Assembly (NCBI GenBank): GCA_964565615.1 | Contig: CAZMFO010000003.1 | Coordinates: 2,197-66,196, forward strand | Direction: 5' to 3' | Length of the DNA stretch: 64,000 bases | From: an uncultured Candidatus Saccharibacteria bacterium | Lineage (GTDB): Bacteria > Patescibacteriota > Saccharimonadia > Saccharimonadales > JAGQNJ01 | In this document: positions 1 through 9,659 of the stretch, piece after piece | How the letters are laid out: every line of letters begins with the position of its first letter | How positions within the stretch are numbered: position 1 is the stretch's first letter | Position numbers and translations under genes: made by a program | The notes under the pieces: generated by a model | Seen by the model: only the letters and a program-made list of their open reading frames with translations | Database searches by the model: none | Told to the model about the DNA's origin: nothing

Positions 1-405
1 CTCCACGATGTCCTAGAGGATGTCTCGCCTAGTGTCTATAGGAAAGGCGACCTAGTTAACGATTTTGGGGCAGAAGTGGCAAACATAGTGCAAGATGTTA
101 CCAAAGACCAGACTATAAGCGATTGGCATACAGTTTCTAAAGCTTACTTAGATCACCTGCAGACCAAAGCAAAGAAAGAGGCGGTTATTGTTTGCGGGGC
201 AGACAAAATACACAACCTAACATCCACATTGATAGACTACCAAGAAGTTGGTGACACCATCTGGCAACGGTTTACCACCAAGAACATTGACGACCAGATT
301 TGGTGGTACGAATCAGTCCTAGCTGTTTTGCAGAAACGCCAAGCTCCTCAAGCTCTGATTGACCAGTTATCTAGCCTTCTCAACCAATTAAAAGAGTGCA
401 AATAG
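1..405 (+). CDS. HD-domain protein, RelA/SpoT-type (p)ppGpp-hydrolase-like (5' partial, runs off window start)
   Basis: Frame 1 is open from base 1 (LHDVLEDV... precedes the tracked Met at 76). The LHDVLED and ADKIHNL motifs resemble the HD hydrolase domain of RelA/SpoT-family proteins. Confidence 0.6.
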   Translation, partial: LHDVLEDVSPSVYRKGDLVNDFGAEVANIVQDVTKDQTISDWHTVSKAYLDHLQTKAKKEAVIVCGADKIHNLTSTLIDYQEVGDTIWQRFTTKNIDDQIWWYESVLAVLQKRQAPQALIDQLSSLLNQLKECK

Positions 406-443
406 AGGAAAGTCGTTTTAAAAATACATCTAAAACCTATCCT

Positions 444-1034
444 CTAATTTGAGGGAGGTAAAGATGTAAAGTTAACATTTGATGGGGTTTCGAACAATGA
501 ATCGTCAACAACCCAACTCTGACAATCTAGTGAGAAAGATTGATTGACCTTATCAAAAGACTCGCTAGAAGGTGTGGTAGAGGGTGATGGGCTTTGTGGA
601 TTCTCTAGTGCTTTTCGATCCATAACCATTCCGAAGCTCTGACCGTTAGTAGTAGTCCAAGAATAGACCTTATCTGCCACTGCCAAAGTACTACTTTCTC
701 CCATATTGCCTTGATCTGTTTGCATAGTCATTTTCATTAAACCAAGACCAGTACCATCCGAATACATCGTGCCAACACCCTTACCTCCCTCACCAGCATA
801 AGAGAACGAGCACTTTTGGGCTTTTCCAGATCTTGCTAAAGAAAACAGACTAGTGTCACTTTTTGACTCATCAGTTGATGTATTTGTTTGTTGTTGCTCT
901 TGAGAAGTATTAGTATTAACCTTTTCTGACTGACTGGAAGAAGATTTTGGCTTTCGACCAACCAAATAAGCACCAGTACCAATCAATAAAATTAGTACAC
1001 CTACAATAATTCCAATTTTTAAACCTTTTGACAT
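444..1034 (-). CDS. membrane-anchored secreted protein, S/T/Q-rich linker, unknown function
   Basis: 196-aa ORF with an N-terminal hydrophobic helix (GLKIGIIVGVLILLIGTGAYLV) followed by a low-complexity linker and a globular C-terminus. AGGAGG-like RBS upstream. Confidence 0.5.
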   Translation of the reverse strand: MSKGLKIGIIVGVLILLIGTGAYLVGRKPKSSSSQSEKVNTNTSQEQQQTNTSTDESKSDTSLFSLARSGKAQKCSFSYAGEGGKGVGTMYSDGTGLGLMKMTMQTDQGNMGESSTLAVADKVYSWTTTNGQSFGMVMDRKALENPQSPSPSTTPSSESFDKVNQSFSLDCQSWVVDDSLFETPSNVNFTSLPPSN

Positions 1035-1122
1035 AGATTATCCTCCTTATATAAATGCAATTATACACCCTTACCGCAAATTATTACTATCATTTAATAA
1101 TCTCGAGATGCGTCTTAGCTTA

Positions 1123-1314
1123 CTAGCCTCGTCGGCGACCTCCATAAGCACTTCCACCGTATGATGCAACAATCGGTTGAGCTGGCTTAAAAACATCTAT
1201 GTTTAGAGCCTTTACAACTCCGCCAAGTCCAACCAAAGACACCAAACCAACCCCGATGTACTGTAAAAAATCCTTACGAGATACTTCTTGTTTTAGTAAT
1301 TCATCTACTTGCAT
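1123..1314 (-). CDS. small single-pass membrane protein with Tat-signal-like N-terminus (SRKDFLQYIG)
   Basis: 63-aa ORF with one hydrophobic helix and a basic G-rich tail. Short, so coding status is uncertain. Confidence 0.35.
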   Translation of the reverse strand: MQVDELLKQEVSRKDFLQYIGVGLVSLVGLGGVVKALNIDVFKPAQPIVASYGGSAYGGRRRG

Positions 1315-1455
1315 ATTTTTGTTTCCTTTTGATTACTTTTGATTTTTTGTAATACTGATTTTAATATAACCTAACAATAACGACTTTGCAATAGTTTTTT
1401 CTTAAATTCTTACCCCCTAGTGCTCACAACAAAAATCCTGTATAAAAAAGAGAAT

Positions 1456-2553
1456 TTACCGCATATCTACATTGTTAACTTTTGGCGATTTTCCCTCACT
1501 AATAGAAACATACCCCCGACTATTTGCCTTAAAACCAACGGCTTCGCCTTGTCCTTCGCTGATAGAAGGGCCTAAGCAAGGTGTGCCACTTAGGGCTGAT
1601 TCTACGGATTTATTACGGCTATCATAAATATAATAGGCTGGGTATGTCCTGATGATAATTGTTGAACCGTCTGGCGACATATCAGATGCGGTTGTTTCTT
1701 GATATGGTTTTGAGTTGCCTTTTTGAAACCTAACACCCGTATCAATCATTGTGGTAGTGCTTCCGACTGACAAATTGCGACCATTGACCTTATAGATCTT
1801 AGATTCACCATTAGGCGTTTTTTGTACTATGTACCAAAACCCATCGCGAGGATCAACAAAAAAAGACTCGGCATTATGAGCTCCATCTGGATACTTTAGT
1901 ATAAAGCCTTCTGCTGATACAGATTGAGAACCTCCGTTAAGATTGGCTGTTGGCTCGGCTATTCGATAAATCTTAATTGAACCCCTTGAGCTACCGTTAT
2001 CGCCAATGTCGGCTATGTATAGATAGTCTTTATTGATATCTGGGCCCGGTCCTATACCAATATCTTCGTAATCAATTGCCGAGATACCCGATCCAGACAA
2101 ATTATAGGTACCAATAAGACCTCCAGAAGCATTAAGGGCAAAAAACCGAGCACTATCCCCGCTATCGTTATGCACCCAATAAACCCCATTTTGCTTACGC
2201 GATGCAACTACACCAGAAATCTCCTCTAGCTTTGTAGATCCCGAACTGACATTGCCCGAAACCGAAAGGGCTAACCTGTTTGCACAGGCCTGGGTATAAA
2301 CTGTATCGCTATCTATTAAACTACCAAATTGGACACATTTTCCTTGCGAAGCCTGATCATCATTGCAGTCCGAAACTCCAACTTTGTTCCCGTTTTCCGG
2401 CTCTAAACTGACAGAAAAAGTCCCCGCCAAAGAAATTCGCAAGACTACCACACCGACTAATGCAATTAAAGCAATTACAGCCAATGCCAACATTCGCCGT
2501 TTATGCTGGTTATGAAATTGTTTTAATCTAGCCTTTTTTGAAACTTTAAGCAT
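1456..2553 (-). CDS. secreted/membrane-anchored protein, probable beta-propeller fold
   Basis: 365-aa ORF with a basic N-terminus, a TM helix and the conserved FSVSLEPENG...D..AS.GK..FG module shared with the next gene. Repeated G/D/S-rich strand-like segments (YIADIGDN). Confidence 0.6.
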   Translation of the reverse strand: MLKVSKKARLKQFHNQHKRRMLALAVIALIALVGVVVLRISLAGTFSVSLEPENGNKVGVSDCNDDQASQGKCVQFGSLIDSDTVYTQACANRLALSVSGNVSSGSTKLEEISGVVASRKQNGVYWVHNDSGDSARFFALNASGGLIGTYNLSGSGISAIDYEDIGIGPGPDINKDYLYIADIGDNGSSRGSIKIYRIAEPTANLNGGSQSVSAEGFILKYPDGAHNAESFFVDPRDGFWYIVQKTPNGESKIYKVNGRNLSVGSTTTMIDTGVRFQKGNSKPYQETTASDMSPDGSTIIIRTYPAYYIYDSRNKSVESALSGTPCLGPSISEGQGEAVGFKANSRGYVSISEGKSPKVNNVDMR

Positions 2554-2570
2554 TACCGTTTATGTTTGAG

Positions 2571-3875
2571 CTAAAAATAATCGTTTACCCATGGCTTCCA
2601 GCCGGCTGGCGAGTTATCGCTTGCTCTATATGTAGCCGACATTTCGGTATTAGGAGGGTTCTGACCACCAGACCCACCTTGGTTATAAAACAGCCATAAC
2701 GCTCGGCTAAGCCTATACCTATTATAAAGCTGAGTAACATCTTTGCGCCACTGAGATGCATTTGCTCCGCCTTCAATAATACCGTATTCACCAATATAAA
2801 GAGGAAAACGAAGCCGTGAATCAGCTAGCATATTAACATTGGCTAGTATGTGGGCCTCCAGATCGGCTATTCTGGGGTAAACATAGCCCGGACGGTTCTC
2901 ATAAGCCTCGTTCCCACATCTATTACCGGAATTGTTATAGCCATTTGTATTACAGCCAGATATCTGACCACCACTAGAATTGTGATTTCCAGCATAATAA
3001 TCGTGATAAGAAAATATGATGTTTGATTTGTTAGATATTCCACTAACGAGAGCATTAGCAGACTGCAACTTATCGCCAGACTGTGGCTCTATCATCAAAA
3101 TTTTGTCTTGATCAACTTCTCTAACATAGTTAATTAATCTATTATACATAGAGATTAATTGTGCGTCATCAGAGTAGGGGACAGGTTGCACCTCGTTAGC
3201 CAAATCAATTGCCACTACCGTACTTTCGTTTTTGTATTCGTTAGCCACCTTCTGAATATAGTTTTTTGCTTTAGAATTAATTTCTCCTATGCGACCGTTT
3301 TCGCCCGTAGAGTGGATTGGGTCTAAAATTACATATAGCCCAACACTCTTGCAATTATCTACTAACGCCCTTAACCAATCAAATTTTTGCTGGCTAAAGC
3401 TTGTTGATCCTAAACTAGGCTGAAAGGACGGCCAATCCATTGCTACACGGATAGAATTGAAACCCTTATCTTTGATTTTTTGTAATTGTGCCCGATTAAC
3501 ATAAGTAGTTGAATAACTAGTTGATTTACCGAAGTCCCGAAGATTTACCCCATGCATAACTACCGGCTGATTATTACTGTTGCAAAATGCATCGGGATAA
3601 CATGTCTTAAACTCTCCGTTAGATGGTGGCGGGGTAACTGTCGTTCCAAATTTAATGTATTTGCCATTACTAGCAGACGAATCGTCAATAACCTCAACAT
3701 TTTGCCGAGAAGGGGATGATTCTGGCTCCATACTAACGCTAAAAGTAGCCGCCTTACTAAAAGCCAAAACGAGCGTTCCAACCAGAGCTATGAAAACAAT
3801 TACAAATAATATACGCAACCGTTTCTGCTGTTTGGATGATCTTTTGATTTTAGATAACAACGTTTTCGTATGCAT
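2571..3875 (-). CDS. glycoside hydrolase family 5-like (cellulase/mannanase-type TIM barrel), membrane-anchored
   Basis: 434 aa. Clan GH-A motifs: FNSIRV, LDPIH, acid/base DLANEV and nucleophile YIGEYG. N-terminal TM anchor plus the same FSVSMEPES module as its neighbour. Confidence 0.7.
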   Translation of the reverse strand: MHTKTLLSKIKRSSKQQKRLRILFVIVFIALVGTLVLAFSKAATFSVSMEPESSPSRQNVEVIDDSSASNGKYIKFGTTVTPPPSNGEFKTCYPDAFCNSNNQPVVMHGVNLRDFGKSTSYSTTYVNRAQLQKIKDKGFNSIRVAMDWPSFQPSLGSTSFSQQKFDWLRALVDNCKSVGLYVILDPIHSTGENGRIGEINSKAKNYIQKVANEYKNESTVVAIDLANEVQPVPYSDDAQLISMYNRLINYVREVDQDKILMIEPQSGDKLQSANALVSGISNKSNIIFSYHDYYAGNHNSSGGQISGCNTNGYNNSGNRCGNEAYENRPGYVYPRIADLEAHILANVNMLADSRLRFPLYIGEYGIIEGGANASQWRKDVTQLYNRYRLSRALWLFYNQGGSGGQNPPNTEMSATYRASDNSPAGWKPWVNDYF

Positions 3876-4060
3876 ACTTTCCTCCGTCAGCTAAAAGTAA
3901 CTTTCTGTCAATCTACTGACGCCGTATGTACCTTTAATAATTTTCATTATGCTTATTGTAAACCACATCTCGCTATCGGGTCAACAACCAGAAAAATGTA
4001 CATAACATAACACACCCTGTTGTTATGGCGTAATCTGGAATTTATGTATAATATGTTTAA

Positions 4061-5077
4061 GTGATTGACTTAGCCTCTTCTGCAACTGTTATACCTGTTT
4101 ATGACTACATTGTGCCGTGGTTTATGTATTTAATAGTCATTGTTGTAATGTTGTTTTACGCCATAATTGAGTGGCTCCATGTCAAGCACGATCACATCAT
4201 CAATACAAAAGAGGCTACAATTTGGTCTCTGGGGTACATTGTTACGGCATTGCTTTTTGCTATTCCTGTTTATTTGTTTATTTCGCCCCAAGCCAGCGGA
4301 GAGTACCTTGCGGCATGGGCAATAGAGAAGGCTCTAAGCCTAGATAATCTTTTTGTTATCGGTTTGATATTTACCAGCTTTAAAATACCAGCCTCACTAG
4401 AGAGGCGTATGCTAAATTACGGTATTGCAGGAGCGATTATCTTTAGGTTGATATTTATTCTGCTAGGCTATGAGCTCCTTAAGTCGTTTTCTTGGGTCAG
4501 TATACTTTTTGGGCTTATTTTGCTTAAATCTGCCGTAGAAGCCCTAAAAGATGCCGGCAAAAAAAATCACACAGTAGCAAAAGCCGATGAGCAAAAATTA
4601 TGGAAGATACTAACCAAGTATTTACCTATACACTCAAAGCTTGATGGGCACAAGCTAATTACAAAGGTTAAAGGCAAAAAAATGCTTACACTTATGGCTG
4701 GTGTTATTTTGCTAATAGAAGTGTCCGATATTATTTTTGCAGTAGATTCAGTGCCTGCCGTGTTGGCGGTTTCGCCCAATAGATTTATCGCATATAGTTC
4801 AAATGTCTTTGCATTACTGGGGCTTCGGGCATTATTTTTTGTCTATCAATCAATAGCAGATAAGTTCTGGGCACTAGAATGGGGACTAGCTGGTATTTTG
4901 TTATGGATATCACTCAAAATGATAGTTGCCCCCACCAACCTGCCATTTGGCATCGTATGGATTGGCTTGCATATTCCTATTGCTTTAAGCTTAAGCGTAT
5001 TGGCGTTCTTATTGTTTGGCTCAATTATATTAAGTATTTTTTACCAAAAACCAGATAAAACCCCACCCCCTGCATAA
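4061..5077 (+). CDS. TerC/Alx family integral membrane protein
   Basis: 338 aa, multi-TM, with the signature EKALSLDNLFVI and a second SVPAVLAV half. GTG start. Confidence 0.85.
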   Translation: MIDLASSATVIPVYDYIVPWFMYLIVIVVMLFYAIIEWLHVKHDHIINTKEATIWSLGYIVTALLFAIPVYLFISPQASGEYLAAWAIEKALSLDNLFVIGLIFTSFKIPASLERRMLNYGIAGAIIFRLIFILLGYELLKSFSWVSILFGLILLKSAVEALKDAGKKNHTVAKADEQKLWKILTKYLPIHSKLDGHKLITKVKGKKMLTLMAGVILLIEVSDIIFAVDSVPAVLAVSPNRFIAYSSNVFALLGLRALFFVYQSIADKFWALEWGLAGILLWISLKMIVAPTNLPFGIVWIGLHIPIALSLSVLAFLLFGSIILSIFYQKPDKTPPPA

Positions 5078-5317
5078 TACTGTTGTGATTAACACTATGG
5101 CTAGACTATTGCTTGTTTATGGTTATCTTTGGTAACATTTAACCATTAGCGTAACTTAACAACTTAGGGTAAGAGACTGTCGGTAATAAAAGGGTGGCTA
5201 TAACTTTTTTATAAAAACTAAGAGAGTAATTGTAATTTAATAAAGATTTTTTATTTAACTATTAGCTAAAGCTATTAGTAATAAAGTCGTAAAGATATAA
5301 AAAGGGAGTTTAAATAT

Positions 5318-7075
5318 ATGGTTAAGAACAATCGTTATCATACTAGATACGCCAACAATACAAACAACAGAACAAGCATTATACCCCTAGCTAAAGAACT
5401 AGGCTTTGCTCTATTTCTACTAGCTACCGTACTAATCTTTAGCCCTAAGCAAGCTAGTGCCGCTAGCTTTAATGTGGTTACTGGGTCTAGTGCTATTAAC
5501 TCAGATGGTAACTGCCAGCTAGAAGAAGCCATTACTAACATTAATGACGGCACCAGAACAAATGCAGATTGTATAGAAACCGGAGCCTATGGGACAGACG
5601 ACACCATCAACCTACCAGCCGGGACTATTACGGGGCCGGGGTCAGACATAGGAACCCTGTTCAAATCCGTTAAGATTATTGGTCAAGGTAAGGGTGTATC
5701 GATCATTGATGATGGGGGAATTTATCTATATGGTGATGGCAGTGACATGCTCGAGCTTCATAATTTCAGTATGGTCGGTGACGGATTCTCGGTTCAAAAT
5801 AATAACTCAACTATTGTTGATGAGTTAGATGTTGATTATGGGAATACCGACGAGATGAGTGCGATAGAGGGTGGTTCTTTAATTATTCGGGATAGCAACT
5901 TTCATAACAATCTAACGGGCTCGGGCTTTCCTCTAGTTTTGGTAGATGTATCGGGTGACAACGCAATCCTAGATGTAGAAAACACCACCTTTAGCCATGG
6001 TGGTAAAGGTCTCCAACTACATGTCGGATCTGGCCACGAACTCGTAGCTAGCATTAAAAATAGCACATTCCATAATTTATCCGGTAATAATGAGTCTTTG
6101 TATAGCTCGAGCAGGGGCATAGTTGCCATTACAGATAGTAATCCTAGCAATAAGCTTACTTACACCACCGTAAACAACACCTTCAGTAACATTACCAATG
6201 TTGGTAGTGGGGCGGAACTCTCTTCTGCTATTACCGAATATGCAGATAGTGGCACTATCACCCACACCGCCCAAAACGATCTTTATGCTGTTGGTAATGG
6301 TAGTACTGCAGTCAACTACATCAGATACGCTGGCTCTGGCTCTAGTGCTCCGACTTTTACCACCACCAGCAACGGTGGCAATATCTCTAGCGACAATAGC
6401 TTCAGTAGCTATCTAACTCAGTCTTCTGACAAGCACAATCAAACAAGTTTGGCATCCTTTCTGGGTGTGCTCACCGACAATGGGGGTAAGGTGCCAACCC
6501 TAGCTTTGCTGGAAGGTTCTCCAGCTATTAATGCTGGTACAAATGTAGCTGGTATGACAACTGATGCTAGAGGAGTAGCTCGCCCACAAGGAGGAGCCTT
6601 TGATGCAGGAGCCTATGAGTTTAGTTTTTCATCATCTATATCTACTACGGCTTATGTAAATAATCCTAATGGCTCTGGTACTATAGCTTTAACTGGTAAT
6701 CCTACCATATCTAAGCGTCCAACTTTTTCTGGAACAGCTACTGCTGGTTCTTTAGTAGAGGTAACCGTTAACTCTGATCCTGTTATCTGTAATGCTACGG
6801 CAGATAGTTCTGGCAATTGGAGTTGTACTTTGCCTAGTGATTTAGTACCCGGTACACATAGTGTAACTATAAGAATAACTAAACCAGATAGCTCGGTAGA
6901 AACCTTAGGGCCATATAGTGTGGTGGTAGTAGAAGGGCAAGCTACTACTTTATCTAATACTGGGCAGAATACTAAAGCTATAACTGGTATAGGTAGCTTA
7001 TTGGTCTTAGCTACTGGTGCTTTGGCTATAATTAAGCGAGTTAAGAGGCGTAAGGGGTTTTCAGCTAATAAGTGA
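5318..7075 (+). CDS. cell-surface protein: right-handed beta-helix / choice-of-anchor-Q-like region + Ig-like domain + LPXTG-like sorting signal
   Basis: 585 aa with a signal peptide (LLATVLIFSPKQASA), N-rich beta-helix repeats, the ARGVARPQGGAFDAGAYEF motif and a C-terminal LSNTG + hydrophobic stretch + KRVKRRK tail. Confidence 0.7.
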   Translation: MVKNNRYHTRYANNTNNRTSIIPLAKELGFALFLLATVLIFSPKQASAASFNVVTGSSAINSDGNCQLEEAITNINDGTRTNADCIETGAYGTDDTINLPAGTITGPGSDIGTLFKSVKIIGQGKGVSIIDDGGIYLYGDGSDMLELHNFSMVGDGFSVQNNNSTIVDELDVDYGNTDEMSAIEGGSLIIRDSNFHNNLTGSGFPLVLVDVSGDNAILDVENTTFSHGGKGLQLHVGSGHELVASIKNSTFHNLSGNNESLYSSSRGIVAITDSNPSNKLTYTTVNNTFSNITNVGSGAELSSAITEYADSGTITHTAQNDLYAVGNGSTAVNYIRYAGSGSSAPTFTTTSNGGNISSDNSFSSYLTQSSDKHNQTSLASFLGVLTDNGGKVPTLALLEGSPAINAGTNVAGMTTDARGVARPQGGAFDAGAYEFSFSSSISTTAYVNNPNGSGTIALTGNPTISKRPTFSGTATAGSLVEVTVNSDPVICNATADSSGNWSCTLPSDLVPGTHSVTIRITKPDSSVETLGPYSVVVVEGQATTLSNTGQNTKAITGIGSLLVLATGALAIIKRVKRRKGFSANK

Positions 7076-7131
7076 GGTTTGGCGTAATGTCTATTGCCTT
7101 ATTGTACGGTATTTATTGTAAACTATAGCTA

Positions 7132-8622
7132 ATGGGGAATAGCACTAAACCAAAGCATAATTTAACAAAGTCTGCCAATGTGGGTGCTGGTAAGTCAAAA
7201 CCTACAATATCAACCGACAACGAACCAAGAGTTGTACTACTAGTACCCTTTAGTTCCGAAGATCCTTCAAGAAACCAGATATGGGGGCATGTTCATAGTT
7301 GGCTAAAACAAACTCTGGACTATCCGATGTATATCGGCGAGCACTTTCCAGAAACGCCTATTACTTACAACCTTAGCCTTGCACGAAACCAAGCTGGTCA
7401 TAAAGCCGGCGATTGGGATGTGGCCGTTATTCACGATGCCGATACAGTCATCAACCCTCAACAAATTAAAGACGGTGTAGCATTGGCTTTAGAAACTGGA
7501 TCTGTTGTCTATCCTTATGTAGAACGATGGGAGCTAGACTTTAACGGCACCAAAATGCTACTTCAAGACGAAACCAGCGATTGGCAAAAACATATGACCC
7601 AATACACCCACACTCAACCACTAGGTGGATGTATTATCGTGCGTCGGGATTTGTGGGACTTAGTGAGAGGTTTTGACAGTGGCTTTGTTGGTTGGGGTCA
7701 CGAAGATGGAGCATTTGCCATGGCCTGCGAAGTGCTAAGTGGCAAAAGATTACAGCGCATCCCCGGCAAATCCTTGCACCTAGAGCATATCCTTGCGCCG
7801 GCCAAGAAACCAGACAATCCGGTCTATCTAGCCAATCAAGCACGCATCAAGACATATATGCACTCTACCAGGCAACCCAATGCCAGAGAACTAATCCGTA
7901 AATTACGAGATGGATCTATAAAGACCGACCAACAACATGGTACTCCTTGGCCACTAATAAAAGACAACAAAGAAGGCATGAACCAAGCCTTTGCCCTAAT
8001 GCTATTGACCGATGTAACTAATGTGTTAGATAAATACAAATGTACCCACTGGCTTAGTGATGGAACTTTGCTAGGAGCCATAAGAGAAAACAGTTTTATA
8101 CCTCACGACGAAGACATTGATCTTGGAATATGGGCAGAAGACTTTGACATACGCGTTATTCACGAACTAATCAATAGATATGGCTGTCACATCTTGAGGC
8201 TTCAAGGCAAGCCTGATGACGGCATGATTATAACCGTAGGCAGAGTTGGCATACACCTAGACATGTTCTTTTATTATCCCGTCAAGAAGACGAAAAAAAA
8301 GTCCTCCGACAAAATATATTCTTGCCTATACACGCTATTTAAGCCATACAATACTTCAAATAGAGCAAAGCAGTTTGACTGCGAACTTCCTAGCTACAAG
8401 CCACTGGTTCGCCACGACTTTGAGGGGCACAAGTTTTGGGTCCCAAAAAATGCCGAGAAACACCTTGTGGCAATTTATGGGCCAGACTGGCGCAAACCCA
8501 AAAAGAATTGGACCTTTGAAAACGATCAATGCAATATGAAGCTACGGGGAACGGTTGAAGATATGACCTCTGACAAAGAAAGCCTAGCCAAATATCTAAG
8601 ATTAAAGTTGCTAAATAAATAG
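7132..8622 (+). CDS. bifunctional glycosyltransferase (GT-A fold, beta-4-GalT-like) / LicD-family phosphotransferase fusion
   Basis: N-terminal half: VIHDADTV (DxD-like) and WGHEDGAF motifs. C-terminal half: LSDGTLLGAIRENSFIPHDEDIDLG, typical of LicD/fukutin-type transferases. Confidence 0.7.
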   Translation: MGNSTKPKHNLTKSANVGAGKSKPTISTDNEPRVVLLVPFSSEDPSRNQIWGHVHSWLKQTLDYPMYIGEHFPETPITYNLSLARNQAGHKAGDWDVAVIHDADTVINPQQIKDGVALALETGSVVYPYVERWELDFNGTKMLLQDETSDWQKHMTQYTHTQPLGGCIIVRRDLWDLVRGFDSGFVGWGHEDGAFAMACEVLSGKRLQRIPGKSLHLEHILAPAKKPDNPVYLANQARIKTYMHSTRQPNARELIRKLRDGSIKTDQQHGTPWPLIKDNKEGMNQAFALMLLTDVTNVLDKYKCTHWLSDGTLLGAIRENSFIPHDEDIDLGIWAEDFDIRVIHELINRYGCHILRLQGKPDDGMIITVGRVGIHLDMFFYYPVKKTKKKSSDKIYSCLYTLFKPYNTSNRAKQFDCELPSYKPLVRHDFEGHKFWVPKNAEKHLVAIYGPDWRKPKKNWTFENDQCNMKLRGTVEDMTSDKESLAKYLRLKLLNK

Positions 8623-8626
8623 TTGG

Positions 8627-9598
8627 TTGTTAATGAGCTTAACTTTTAACCAATTCGAAGTCTTACAGCTAATAGTCCGTCGTCAAGGACTAAGCCTAGA
8701 GCAAATACAGGCAGAGCTATCCACAACATACAACATAAACCATAAGGCCATAATTAGCCAGCTGGTCCATAAAGGCCTGGTACGCCGTAGTAACGATATG
8801 GTGTTACCGAAGCCTAAAGCCCTAGAAGCCCTAGAGCCTTACCGAGTAAAAAGAGCTGTTATCTTGGGTGCAGGCAAAGGCGAGCGTATGTGCCCAGCAA
8901 CTAGAAATGTTCCAAAGCCAATGGTTCAAGTTCACAGCAAAAGAATCATAGAAACTCAGCTTGATGCCCTAGCTAGTGCCGGAATAACAGACATTACAAT
9001 AGTAAGAGGTTACCGAGGTGAAGTCTATGATTTGTTACTACCCAAGTACCCTCACATAAAGTTTATAGGTAACTCTCACTGGGATTCGTCTGAGGCCATT
9101 GTATCCACCCATCTAGCTATAGACTTGTTGGCAGGAGCTTACCTGATAGAGGGAGATCTTTATATAAAAGGCCAAAATGTAATTCGCCCTTACGAATACC
9201 ACAGCACCTACTGCGGCATACCGGGAGAGGTAGAGAATGACTGGCATTTTTATGCTGATAGAAGTATTGGAATTACCCATTTAGCACACGGCTACTCCAA
9301 CGAATCTCATGGAGTTCCGCATAGATTTGTGGGAATTATGTACTGGAAACAAGCAGAAGTCAACAAGTTAAAGAAAGATATTGTAGATGTTGTTGCGAGA
9401 CCAAATAATCAACATCGTTTTGTAGAATCAGTCCCATTTGATAAGCAAACAAATGCCTATACTATCCACGCTCGTCCGGTACAAATTAACGATGTTATAG
9501 AGCTAGACACCTACCAAGAGTTACAAGACTTGCGTGTTCAAGAACAAAATACTCTCCGTCCAGCAACGGATTCAATAAAACACTCTAAAAACACATAG
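8627..9598 (+). CDS. winged-helix domain + sugar/choline-phosphate nucleotidyltransferase (LicC-like)
   Basis: AVILGAGKGERMCPATRNVPKPMVQV is the N-terminal NTP-transferase signature. It is preceded by a ~75-aa wHTH-like segment. The gene starts 5 nt after the GT-LicD gene. Confidence 0.7.
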   Translation: MLMSLTFNQFEVLQLIVRRQGLSLEQIQAELSTTYNINHKAIISQLVHKGLVRRSNDMVLPKPKALEALEPYRVKRAVILGAGKGERMCPATRNVPKPMVQVHSKRIIETQLDALASAGITDITIVRGYRGEVYDLLLPKYPHIKFIGNSHWDSSEAIVSTHLAIDLLAGAYLIEGDLYIKGQNVIRPYEYHSTYCGIPGEVENDWHFYADRSIGITHLAHGYSNESHGVPHRFVGIMYWKQAEVNKLKKDIVDVVARPNNQHRFVESVPFDKQTNAYTIHARPVQINDVIELDTYQELQDLRVQEQNTLRPATDSIKHSKNT

Positions 9599-9659
9599 AT
9601 AAACCAGTAGGCTAGATAACTTATTTTGATGTTGCATCAAAAGAGCATATTATGTACCT

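Noticed and set aside
2585-3894. Short ORFs nested in or antisense to the GH5 gene (2585-2794, 2867-3055, 3560-3781, 3655-3894). Similar nested ORFs occur throughout the track, for example 4567-4779, 5338-6416, 7634-8081, 10082-11155, 13590-13844, 20088-20877, 22354-22937, 33794-37883, 43788-44914 and 52123-53697.
   Set aside because: They lie wholly within longer ORFs that carry clear family motifs. They have no RBS or motif support and show low-complexity or shadow-frame composition. I treated them as frame shadows.
3895-4060. Possible yybP-ykoY (Mn2+) riboswitch upstream of the TerC-family gene.
   Set aside because: TerC/Alx genes often carry this riboswitch, but I could not find its conserved core or a convincing four-helix pattern by eye in this AT-rich leader. 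It would need an Infernal/Rfam scan to settle.
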